A DNA stretch of 19,529 nt from the NCBI GenBank assembly GCA_049969615.1, contig JBMFOM010000027.1:1-19529 (forward strand), read 5' to 3'. Position numbers and translations under genes: made by a program. Position 1 is the stretch's first letter. Each line of letters starts with the position of its first letter. Source of the stretch: a candidate division WOR-3 bacterium. Lineage in GTDB: Bacteria; Hydrothermota; Hydrothermia; JBDRYB01. Below, piece by piece: positions 7,542 through 15,649 of this stretch. Under the pieces are notes generated by a model that did no database searches, had not been told where the DNA came from, and saw only the letters and a list, made by a program, of their open reading frames with translations.

Positions 7542-9080
7542 ATGTTTGGCATAATTTGTATTTTGATCTCGCAGATGCAGGGGTTCTTCGCGAAGTCCTA
7601 TGGGACAACCAGGGACAACCGGTGCTTCTCGGTCATACAGACCCAGGACGGAGGCTACGCCATGTCCGGATACTCGGGGAATTTTCTCAACAACGGAAAC
7701 TTTCTGGTCATCAAGGTTGACTCAGCCGGGGTGCTCCAGTGGGCATACGAATATTTTCAGAGCTCGGTGGCCTACGACGAGTTCGCGTGGCCAATAGTCC
7801 AAGCCTCTGACGGGAGCTACTATGTTGCCGGCCATGGGTTTGTTGACCCTATGAGCTCAACTAACGACATCGTGCTTCTCAAGCTGAATTCATCCGGAGG
7901 GGTCCAGTGGGCCAAGAGCTATGGGAATCCGAGCTACACAGACTACGCGCACACAATGACCATGCTCTCTGATGGTGGCCTCGCCATAGCTGGCCACGGC
8001 ATAGTCAACCCGTTCCCCACTGGGCAGGATGCGATCGTCATGAAGCTCACCCCCAACGGCGATGTGGTCTGGGCAAAGCAATACGCTGATGTCAACCAGG
8101 ATCATTGTTATGGGGTTATCCAGACCACTGACGGCGGGATAGTGGTCTCCGGCTTCACTGTGCGCAGTGGCTCATCTGACTTTGACATCATGGTCATACG
8201 CCTTGATGGGTTCGGAAACACCCTCTGGGCAAAGGCCTACGGCATCCCAGGTCAGAACGATTTTGGATTCTCGGTCGCGCAGTTAAACGACGGAGATCTT
8301 GTCGTCGCTGGATATATAGGCAACTTTGGCGGCGGTGTTCTCAAGATAAGGCTATCCGACGGCGCGTTGTTGTGGACCGAGGCCTTTGCCACGGTTTATC
8401 TTGACTACTTCTACCGTCCGCAGATAACGAAGACATCCGATGGCGGTTTTGTTATACCGGCATTTACCAGCTCCTGTGGGGGCGGAACCTATGATTTTCT
8501 GCCGATGAAATTCTCCTCGGCGGGCGCGCTTGAGTGGGCGAGGACCTTCGGGGCCAGCGGTTATGACATAGCCACATGCGCGATCCAGAAACCGGACGGG
8601 CGCTTCGCCATAAGCGGAATGACCATGAGCTATGGGGCAGGCGGATATGACTTCGCGCTCCTCATCCTGAAGCCTGATGGAACTTTCCCCGGCGCGTGCG
8701 TGAGCGATTGTTCGCCTGCTCCGACCTATCCCTCGCTCTCAACATATACCCTCTCATCGCTCTCTGATTGGCCCCACACCGTCAACACCCTGAGCTATGA
8801 CCGGGCTGACCCGGGAGTCTCAGTAGCGCCGATATGCGAACCCCTTTATGAGGCCGAAAACGAGCACCCAAGTGGACCCGCTTCCTGGATAACTTGCAGT
8901 CCATTCCCCGGGGGAATCTCCTTCCTCTCCCCTGAGGACACGGACATTAGGATATACGAGGCTGACGGCAGGTTGGCCTTCTCCGGGCAACTCCAAAAGG
9001 GCCAGAACAGGATAGAGCTTGACCCAGGCGTTTATCTCTGGAAAGCGGGGCGCGAGGCTGGAAAGGTAGCGGTTAGATAA
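7542..9080 (+). CDS. Secreted beta-propeller repeat protein with a T9SS-like C-terminal sorting domain
   Basis: AGGAGG SD before ATG 7542 (512 aa) and a short hydrophobic N-terminus. About 7 repeats of roughly 50 aa (QTxDGGxxxxG..D..xKxxxxGxxxWAKxYG). CTD IRIYEADGRL..PGVYLWKAG..KVAVR. Confidence 0.8.
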   Translation: MFGIICILISQMQGFFAKSYGTTRDNRCFSVIQTQDGGYAMSGYSGNFLNNGNFLVIKVDSAGVLQWAYEYFQSSVAYDEFAWPIVQASDGSYYVAGHGFVDPMSSTNDIVLLKLNSSGGVQWAKSYGNPSYTDYAHTMTMLSDGGLAIAGHGIVNPFPTGQDAIVMKLTPNGDVVWAKQYADVNQDHCYGVIQTTDGGIVVSGFTVRSGSSDFDIMVIRLDGFGNTLWAKAYGIPGQNDFGFSVAQLNDGDLVVAGYIGNFGGGVLKIRLSDGALLWTEAFATVYLDYFYRPQITKTSDGGFVIPAFTSSCGGGTYDFLPMKFSSAGALEWARTFGASGYDIATCAIQKPDGRFAISGMTMSYGAGGYDFALLILKPDGTFPGACVSDCSPAPTYPSLSTYTLSSLSDWPHTVNTLSYDRADPGVSVAPICEPLYEAENEHPSGPASWITCSPFPGGISFLSPEDTDIRIYEADGRLAFSGQLQKGQNRIELDPGVYLWKAGREAGKVAVR

Positions 9081-9203
9081 TCGGCGACGCTCGCCATTAA
9101 AGCCTGTCAACCAATAGGTTCAAGGTTCCGTGGGCCAGAAATTTGAGGCCGGGGACACCAGTGGCCGTAGCCCTAAACCTTGTGTTAAAATTTCTATCCC
9201 GCG

Positions 9204-10133
9204 ATGAGATCAAAAAGGGTTCCCAAAGTAAGGGACAAAGCTCTCAAGAAGGCCTTGAGGGGCGGACAGGGTTTTATGGCGGGACTATTTGACGATAGGG
9301 AGAAAAAACGGGTGATCTCAACCCTGGCCGGCAGAAACCCCTCGCCCGGTGAGGCGAGCGCGCGCCTGGATATCTCGTGTTTCATTGACAGGATAATCGC
9401 TGGCGATGCGGAGGATGTCCTCAAGCAGATTCCGTCCGAGAGCGTGGACATCATCGTAACCTCTCCCCCTTATCAGTTCGGCCTTGACTACGAATCCGAT
9501 GAGGACACAAAGCGCTGGGAGGATTACTTCGCGAAGCTCGGCCGGATATGGGCCGAGTGCGAGCGCGTCCTGGTTCACGGCGGCAGGATAGCGGTGAATG
9601 TTCAGCCCCTGTTCTCTGACTATGTTCCGACGCACCACATAATATCCTTGCAACTCATGAACCTTGGCCTCCTCTGGAAAGCGGAGATACTCTGGGAGAA
9701 GCACAACTACAACGCCAAATACACCGCTTGGGGTTCCTGGCGTTCGCCATCCATGCCATACCTAAAATACACCTGGGAGTTTGTGGAGGTGTTTGCTAAA
9801 GGCACGCACAGAAAGGAAGGCAGGCGGGAGGACATTGACATAACGGGTGAGGAGTTCAAGAAGTGGGTCTATGGAAGGTGGGAGATAGCGCCTGAGACGA
9901 AGATGGCGAAGATGGGCCATCCCGCTGTCTTCCCGGAGGAGCTGGTCAGGCGATTGCTTCTGCTTTTCTCATACAGAGGGGATGTTGTTCTGGACCCCTT
10001 CGTTGGGACCGGAACAACCGCTCTGGTAGCGACAAGAACCGGAAGGCGCTACATTGGCATAGACATCTCCGAGAATTATTGCAGGATAGCCGAGGAGAGG
10101 TTGGCCTCAGAGAAACGTTCTGGGCAGAAATGA
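9204..10133 (+). CDS. Site-specific DNA amino-methyltransferase (N4-cytosine/N6-adenine, beta class); no cognate endonuclease in the window
   Basis: Catalytic motif IV VTSPPY precedes HPAVFPEEL and motif I VLDPFVGTGTT, followed by YIGIDI. Alternative start at ATG 9276. Confidence 0.9.
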   Translation: MRSKRVPKVRDKALKKALRGGQGFMAGLFDDREKKRVISTLAGRNPSPGEASARLDISCFIDRIIAGDAEDVLKQIPSESVDIIVTSPPYQFGLDYESDEDTKRWEDYFAKLGRIWAECERVLVHGGRIAVNVQPLFSDYVPTHHIISLQLMNLGLLWKAEILWEKHNYNAKYTAWGSWRSPSMPYLKYTWEFVEVFAKGTHRKEGRREDIDITGEEFKKWVYGRWEIAPETKMAKMGHPAVFPEELVRRLLLLFSYRGDVVLDPFVGTGTTALVATRTGRRYIGIDISENYCRIAEERLASEKRSGQK

Positions 10134-10176
10134 CCACGCGTTGCGTGCTCTCAACCTCCGGCCTTATATTTTGAGT

Positions 10177-10656
10177 GTGCGCGAGGTTTTTATATTGGGC
10201 TTAATAGCCCTCTGTGGATGCGTGTATTCGTTCTCCGGCTTCTTTCCAAAAGAACTGCGCAAGACCCATGTGAAGCTCTTCACGAACAACACGGCCAGGC
10301 AGGGTTTGCAGACAACCGCGACGGATGTCTTTGGCGAGAGGATACGCAAGGACGGGAGGCTGGAGCTGGTCGGGGAAAACGAGGCCGCGCTCATAGCCGA
10401 AGGTGAGGTTAGCTCGTTCAAAAAAGACCCGGAGGAATACGATGCGTCGGGAAAGATACTTACTTACAGGGTGACCATAAGGGCGAAGGTATCGTTCTAC
10501 GATGTGGCGAACCAGAAATACTACCTGGGGCCAAAAGCATATGAGGGCTGGGCAATATACACTGTCGGCTCGGAGACTGAGGAAGATGGGATACGAAAAG
10601 CCTTTGCCAATCTCTTTGACCAAGCGCTTGCGGAGCTTTTCAGCTCAGGATTTTGA
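10177..10656 (+). CDS. lptE: LptE-family (LPS assembly) lipoprotein
   Basis: Lipobox MREVFILGLIALCGC followed by VYSFSG, FTNNT, and a beta-rich core (LIAEGEVSSF..YRVTIRAKVSFYD). Start moved to GTG 10177, downstream of TTGCGT-18-TATATT (10141-10170). Confidence 0.7.
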   Translation: MREVFILGLIALCGCVYSFSGFFPKELRKTHVKLFTNNTARQGLQTTATDVFGERIRKDGRLELVGENEAALIAEGEVSSFKKDPEEYDASGKILTYRVTIRAKVSFYDVANQKYYLGPKAYEGWAIYTVGSETEEDGIRKAFANLFDQALAELFSSGF

Positions 10657-11716
10657 GCGAACCGCGCCTTGCAGGCTCGCGGAAATATGCCCTGGTTGTG
10701 CTTTGCAAAAGGTAAATCGGGAGGGTCAGGCCAAGCTCATCTCAGAAGCCATATCCGCCATCTTTGGGACTGAACCCTCCTCCGTGTGGCAGGGGCCGGA
10801 GGAAGGGTGGCTCGCGAGGCCGCGGTTCGCCGCGAAAAAGGTCAAGGACATGGTGTATGTTGGGTGGCCAGTCGCGAGGGGCCAGGTCTTTGACCTGTGG
10901 GATTGCCCGCATTTGCCACGGGATCAACGTGCGCTCCTTGAGAGGGTAAAGCGGTTTTTTAAGGAGGAGGGCGTGAGCTTTTACGATAAGAAGGTTGAAA
11001 GGGGAAAGATAACCGGAATAGCGTTCTACGGCTCGCCTGAACCGCAGAACCTAGTGGTCTCGCTGATAACCAGGCTTCCGGTCAGGTCCCGGCTCCTGGG
11101 CGAGAGGTTGTCCCGGCTCTCGTCTGATATAACCGGAGTCGCGGAGGAATGCGGAGAAATGGTCTGGGGGCTTTTTGGGGAACACCACATATTCCAGAGG
11201 ATAGGCGGCGCCATTTACAGGATGACCCCGGGCGGCCCATGGCCGGAGAACCCCTTCCTGCACCAGGCCCTCGTGGAGGCCGTGGACCGCATCATACTGC
11301 CTGACGCGAGCGTGGTTGAGGCAGGAGCCGGATATTTTCTGGGCCTGGGGCTTTCCTCCAAGGCGAGGAGGGTCATGGCTTTTGATAATAGGCCGGAGCT
11401 TCTAGCCGACATGGTCGCGTCCGCTGAGGTCAATGTCTCTGGAAAGGTCTCCGTGAGCCTTGATAACCTGAGAGACGTTGATAAACAGGGGGTTAGTGTC
11501 TTTCTGGTGAACGCGGAGCGAGGGCCTGTCTTCCTGGAGAGCGCGAGGGATATGCGGAGCGCGGAACAGGTCATACTGTTTGGGAAGGACATGAAGGCTC
11601 TTGTTTCCTCGCACGGGAACCTTATCAGGGCCGGGTTTAGGTTAAAGAAACTACTTGGCTTTGAACCCTCCCCCAACAGGGCCGAGGCATTTGCGCTGGC
11701 CGAATATGGCAGATGA
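10628..11716 (+). CDS. RlmD/TrmA-like (m5U RNA methyltransferase fold) protein with degenerate catalytic motifs
   Basis: CRLAEICPGCALQ and a later DCP match the RlmD [4Fe-4S] ligand pattern, and the size fits RlmD lacking its TRAM domain. The FxQxN, DPPR, YVSC and DMFPxTxHxE motifs are replaced. Start uncertain (TTG 10628 overlaps the lptE end). Confidence 0.65.
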   Translation: MRSFSAQDFERTAPCRLAEICPGCALQKVNREGQAKLISEAISAIFGTEPSSVWQGPEEGWLARPRFAAKKVKDMVYVGWPVARGQVFDLWDCPHLPRDQRALLERVKRFFKEEGVSFYDKKVERGKITGIAFYGSPEPQNLVVSLITRLPVRSRLLGERLSRLSSDITGVAEECGEMVWGLFGEHHIFQRIGGAIYRMTPGGPWPENPFLHQALVEAVDRIILPDASVVEAGAGYFLGLGLSSKARRVMAFDNRPELLADMVASAEVNVSGKVSVSLDNLRDVDKQGVSVFLVNAERGPVFLESARDMRSAEQVILFGKDMKALVSSHGNLIRAGFRLKKLLGFEPSPNRAEAFALAEYGR

Positions 11717-12548
11717 AAGGAAGGTTGGCAAGATAGTAATTCTCGGCGTGATAGCCAACGCGCTCCTGTTTGTCCTGAAGGCCGTGGCCTGGTTTGGGAC
11801 TCATAGCCTCGGAATCCTATCTGACGCGGTCAACTCCGGAACTGACATCCTGCTATACACGATACTCGTTCTGGTCGCTTTCTGGTCAAGGAAAAGGGCA
11901 GATAGCGATCACCCTTTTGGCCACGGCAGGGCAGAACCCCTCGGCGCCATAGTTGTCGCCATATTCGTCTCCATGGTCGCGTTGGAAATAGTGAGGGGAT
12001 CGGTTGAGGGAATAATGTCCGGCCACAGGCCAAATGTTACCCTTCTGGGCATTATTGTCCTCGGCGCATCCATGGCGCTAAAGATCCTCCTGGGACCGCT
12101 TTTCTTTGTCCAGGCAAGAAAGATGAGGAGTCCGATCCTGAAATCCACCGCGCTGGACGCTTTCGCCGATATAGGGGCTTCTGGGGTCGCGCTGATGGGC
12201 CTCCTGCTTTCCGGAATATGGGATGCCATCGCGGGGATAGCGGTTGGAATATGGGTTTTCCTGTCCGCCTTCTCCGTGATAAGGGAAAACCTCTCATATC
12301 TCATGGGAAAGGCCCCGGGCCATGATACCATCCAGGAAATAAAGAGACTGGCGGGGGACACCCCCGGAGTAGTTGGCGTCACAGAGATAAGGGCCCATTA
12401 TGTCGGTGCGGAACTGCATGTTGAGGTTATAATCACTGTCTCGCCAGACATAAGCGTCCGCGATGCGCATGACATAGGTGCCGCAGTCCAAAAGAGGGTT
12501 GAATCAACCGAAGGGGTATCGCGCGCGTTCGTGCATATGGACGCGTGA
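11706..12548 (+). CDS. Cation diffusion facilitator (FieF/MntE-like) metal efflux transporter
   Basis: Motifs SDAVNSGTD, DSDHPFGHGRAE and LDAFAD, plus a cytoplasmic domain (HVEV..AHDI..FVHMD). ATG 11706 overlaps the upstream gene end. Confidence 0.9.
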   Translation: MADERKVGKIVILGVIANALLFVLKAVAWFGTHSLGILSDAVNSGTDILLYTILVLVAFWSRKRADSDHPFGHGRAEPLGAIVVAIFVSMVALEIVRGSVEGIMSGHRPNVTLLGIIVLGASMALKILLGPLFFVQARKMRSPILKSTALDAFADIGASGVALMGLLLSGIWDAIAGIAVGIWVFLSAFSVIRENLSYLMGKAPGHDTIQEIKRLAGDTPGVVGVTEIRAHYVGAELHVEVIITVSPDISVRDAHDIGAAVQKRVESTEGVSRAFVHMDA

Positions 12549-12592
12549 GGAGGATTTGTCGGATATTTGACCAGCGCCCGAAAGACATGGCG

Positions 12593-12629
12593 AGACCCCT
12601 GATAAAGCAGTAATAGCCTACTGGTTTGG
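12593..12629 (-). repeat. 37-nt copy of the dispersed intergenic repeat (inverted relative to 5940-5976)
   Basis: Reverse complement CCAAACCAGTAGGCTATTACTGCTTTATCAGGGGTCT versus CCAAACCAGTAAGTTATTGCTACTTTATCAGGGGTCT at 5940-5976: 33/37 identical, and all 4 differences are transitions. Confidence 0.85.
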
Positions 12630-12632
12630 CCC

Positions 12633-12661
12633 TTGACAATCCACGCGTTTTCCATTATCAT
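12633..12661 (+). promoter_or_regulatory. Sigma70-type promoter TTGACA-17-TATCAT
   Basis: -35 at 12633-12638, -10 at 12656-12661, SD AAGGAGGT at 12689-12696, ATG at 12705. Confidence 0.75.
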
Positions 12662-12704
12662 ATGAATGTGCGCCACAAAATGAGAAACAAGGAGGTTAAA
12701 TTTA

Positions 12705-14450
12705 ATGGGGTTGTTGTTTGTCGAGATAGGGCTTTCGCTCTTATCAGCTCAACCAGCAGGGGCCACGGATAGCGTCTCAGAAATTAGGGGAAGCGGGGCC
12801 TCAATATTAGGGAAAAATTGTCCGGCCATTTTTCTCTGCTCTGAAAAAATAGGCCTTACCGAGGTTAACGATGAGGCCGTTTATGGCCTCGTGCCGTCAT
12901 TTGCGCTTGAACAAGCCCAATCAGAGTCGGGTGTTCTGCCGTTTTACGACGGTGGGGGCTGGATACCTCCGAGCTTAGTCTGCGGAACCGCCGAAAACGA
13001 AAGGTTCCCCTCTGTCGCTGTGGATGCAACCGGCAACATCTGGGCTACCGTCCTGGTGGGCGAATATCCCCACCCCCACATAGGGGTTTTTCGCTCCACT
13101 GATAAGGGTTTCACTTGGAACCATGTCCTTGGAATCTATAATTCCTACGATGGCCCGGTTGGTCCGCCCGCGATCTTCGTTGATCCCGGCCCCTCACCCA
13201 ACATCGTCTATCTCGCTTTTAGCTCCTTCTGGAAGGACAACAACGGCACAGGCCACACCGGCCTTGAGATAGCCTCCTTTGCTTCGGACAGGCCTTCAGA
13301 GACATTCCGGAGCGTTTGGGTGGCCAACCCCGCTACCTTCAACCTTTCAGAGGCAAGCCTTTCCGTGGAACGGGGCCACGGGCCGGATAACACGGCCTTT
13401 GTTCTCGTGAGGGCGGTCAGCTCCCTCACCGGCGCTCAGTATCTCTGGGTCTTCAGAGGTTCCCGTTATGGCTCATGGTCAAAGGTCCTTACCCTCGGCG
13501 GGACAAGGCGCTACATTGGAAGCGGGGAGATATGGTCAACAGACAGAGCAACATATCTGATCTGCACCTCTAATCCGGACAACTCATTGCCCGATGAGGC
13601 AAAGAGGATTCACATATTGACAACCCAGGACAGAGGCCAGTCGTGGAACGCGGTCTACGCAGACGCGCCCTATCCGGTCGTGGAGGTTGCGATCGCGGGA
13701 GCGCAAGGCCGTAACCAGGCCGTGGCGTTCGCGGCCCTCAAATATGGAAAATCGGATCACGATGTCTATGCCTTCTACACGACAGATCTGGGTTCAACCT
13801 GGGGCGGTTACTGGATGGATACCGATAACCAGGACAGCAGGCTACCCAGGGTCTCGTCTGATGGCGTCCAGTTTGACGCCGGAGCCTCTGCTGTCTTTTA
13901 CTTCATTGAATACTACGACAGAGAAAACGACGGTCTTGGAAACATAAAGTTTCTCATGTGCCCCGTTGGGGACATAGCCGAAAGATCTAACTGGCGCTTA
14001 CCGAACGGTTCATCTCTTGACTCCCTCGTCATTTCCAACGAGTCCCTTTACGGAGTGGAGCCTGTCAGGGGCTGTCTGTCCCTGTCATCGCGCTCCGAAT
14101 CCGGAGGCACCATGCCAGTGGTGGTATGGAATACCCCTTGCATCTCTCTCTCAGGTGATGTTTATTTTGTAAGGCCAATGGCGCCAGTTTATATGGGCGC
14201 CGAGGAGGAGGATGGCCATGCCCAGGAGATCAGGGTCTTTTTCGTTCCAGCAGAGCGTGCCCTGAGAATAGATGGGGATTTGCACGGAGAAACCCGTCTC
14301 CGGTTATACTCGGTTGACGGGAGACTCGTCGCTTCCCTGGGCCTTTCGCCGGAAGGCAAAACCACCACTGTGAAGTTGCCTGATCTACCGGAGGGAGTCT
14401 ATCTGTGGCGGATTCTTCAGACCGGAGGCAGAGTATCGGTAATAAGGTAG
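12705..14450 (+). CDS. Secreted BNR/Asp-box (sialidase-like propeller) protein with a T9SS-like C-terminal sorting domain
   Basis: Asp-boxes RSTDKGFTW, TTQDRGQSW and YTTDLGSTW. CTD LRLYSVDGRLV..LPEGVYLWR..RVSVIR. Strong SD and promoter upstream. Confidence 0.78.
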   Translation: MGLLFVEIGLSLLSAQPAGATDSVSEIRGSGASILGKNCPAIFLCSEKIGLTEVNDEAVYGLVPSFALEQAQSESGVLPFYDGGGWIPPSLVCGTAENERFPSVAVDATGNIWATVLVGEYPHPHIGVFRSTDKGFTWNHVLGIYNSYDGPVGPPAIFVDPGPSPNIVYLAFSSFWKDNNGTGHTGLEIASFASDRPSETFRSVWVANPATFNLSEASLSVERGHGPDNTAFVLVRAVSSLTGAQYLWVFRGSRYGSWSKVLTLGGTRRYIGSGEIWSTDRATYLICTSNPDNSLPDEAKRIHILTTQDRGQSWNAVYADAPYPVVEVAIAGAQGRNQAVAFAALKYGKSDHDVYAFYTTDLGSTWGGYWMDTDNQDSRLPRVSSDGVQFDAGASAVFYFIEYYDRENDGLGNIKFLMCPVGDIAERSNWRLPNGSSLDSLVISNESLYGVEPVRGCLSLSSRSESGGTMPVVVWNTPCISLSGDVYFVRPMAPVYMGAEEEDGHAQEIRVFFVPAERALRIDGDLHGETRLRLYSVDGRLVASLGLSPEGKTTTVKLPDLPEGVYLWRILQTGGRVSVIR

Positions 14451-14467
14451 TCGGGAGGTGCTCTAAC

Positions 14468-14505
14468 CCCTGCCCGGAGCAAGAGCTCCGGGCAGGGCCG
14501 TTTTT
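14468..14505 (+). terminator. Rho-independent terminator between convergent genes
   Basis: Perfect 13-bp stem CCCTGCCCGGAGC-aaga-GCTCCGGGCAGGG, followed by ccgTTTTT. Confidence 0.8.
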
Positions 14506-14575
14506 CAGTGTGAATGGGGAAAAAGCTGGCTCAAGCAGAGCCTTCGGCGCCCTGAGGAAATGCTCTGTGATTTCA

Positions 14576-15565
14576 TCAAGCTATCCCCAGCCTCTTCAGG
14601 GCCGCGCCGAGGATATCTCCGATAAGCTTATGATATGGAATGCCCAGCTGATCCGTCATTATCCAGAGATCAGAATGGGTCGGGTTAAGGCCTGGAAGCG
14701 GGTTCACCTCAATAAAATAGGGGTGCCCATCTGAACCAAACCTGAAATCAAGTCTAGAGACATCCCTGCAACCGAGAACGCTATAAGCGGCCAGCGCTGA
14801 AGATTCCAGCTCCTTCATCGCGGCCTCATCCATGGCTGGGTTGGCTGTGTATCTTATCTCATCGCGCCAGTTGTGCTTGACCTCAATGGAATAAACGAAA
14901 TTCTCAGGGGGGGACGAGATATGCTCAATCAGAAGGCTCGCGTAGATCCTCGCGTCCCTACCGTTGCCAACAACCGCGACGGTTATCTCCTTTCCCGGAA
15001 TGAACTCCTCAATCATTATGGGCCTGTTATAGGTCTCAAGGAGCCACCGGCCAACCGAGAGCATTTCCTCCTTTGTCTTCACCTTTGAGTTGCGCCTGAG
15101 GCCCATGGAACTGCCCTCCCACCTGAGCTTCAGTATAGCGGGGAGGGGAAAGTCTATTGTCTCAAGCTCAGCGATACTCTCGGCTGTTTTTGAGGCCGGG
15201 ACCCTGACTCCCGCGGACGCCGCAACTATCTTGGTCATCTCCTTATCCAGGGTGAGGGCAAGGGTAAGGGGATCGGAACCAGTATAAGGAATTCCCAGAA
15301 ATTCAAGGATCGCGGGTATGTGGGCTTCGCGGGAACGCGTCCCGTAGCCTTCGGCTATGTTGAAGACCAGATCCGGCGGGTCGGATAACACCCTTTCCAG
15401 GAATCCCCTTCCTCCACCAAGGAGAAGCGGTTCGTGGCCAAGCTGTTCAATCGCGCTGGCTATGGCCTTTATGGTGACCTCCTGGTCCCATTCCTCGTAT
15501 AGATCAGGGGGGCCATTCTCGGCTAGCGAGGGGTCAAAAAGATCATAGGATATACCTATCCTCAT
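14576..15565 (-). CDS. D-Ala-D-Ala-ligase-like ATP-grasp amino acid ligase (non-canonical N-terminus)
   Basis: ATP-grasp motifs IPYTGS, LDKEMTK, EGSSMG, EEFIPGKEITV, SRLDFR and IEVNPLPGL. Lacks the Ddl motifs GGxSxE and LHG (has FNIAEG). Confidence 0.85.
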   Translation of the reverse strand: MRIGISYDLFDPSLAENGPPDLYEEWDQEVTIKAIASAIEQLGHEPLLLGGGRGFLERVLSDPPDLVFNIAEGYGTRSREAHIPAILEFLGIPYTGSDPLTLALTLDKEMTKIVAASAGVRVPASKTAESIAELETIDFPLPAILKLRWEGSSMGLRRNSKVKTKEEMLSVGRWLLETYNRPIMIEEFIPGKEITVAVVGNGRDARIYASLLIEHISSPPENFVYSIEVKHNWRDEIRYTANPAMDEAAMKELESSALAAYSVLGCRDVSRLDFRFGSDGHPYFIEVNPLPGLNPTHSDLWIMTDQLGIPYHKLIGDILGAALKRLGIA

Positions 15566-15649
15566 ATCGGTTCCTCGTTTCTCTTTGATTCGTTAAACAA
15601 ACCCAGGATCATATTCACATCCTTTGGGTTTTGTTGAGGGAGGGGCTAT

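Noticed and set aside
1..9080. Similarity of 1-192 and 8889-9080 as a diversity-generating retroelement TR/VR pair
   Set aside because: Differences are not adenine-specific and many are synonymous, both copies are coding, and no reverse transcriptase is present. These are ordinary paralogues.
5940..12629. 37-nt repeat as a CRISPR direct repeat
   Set aside because: The copies are inverted, 6.6 kb apart and have no spacers.
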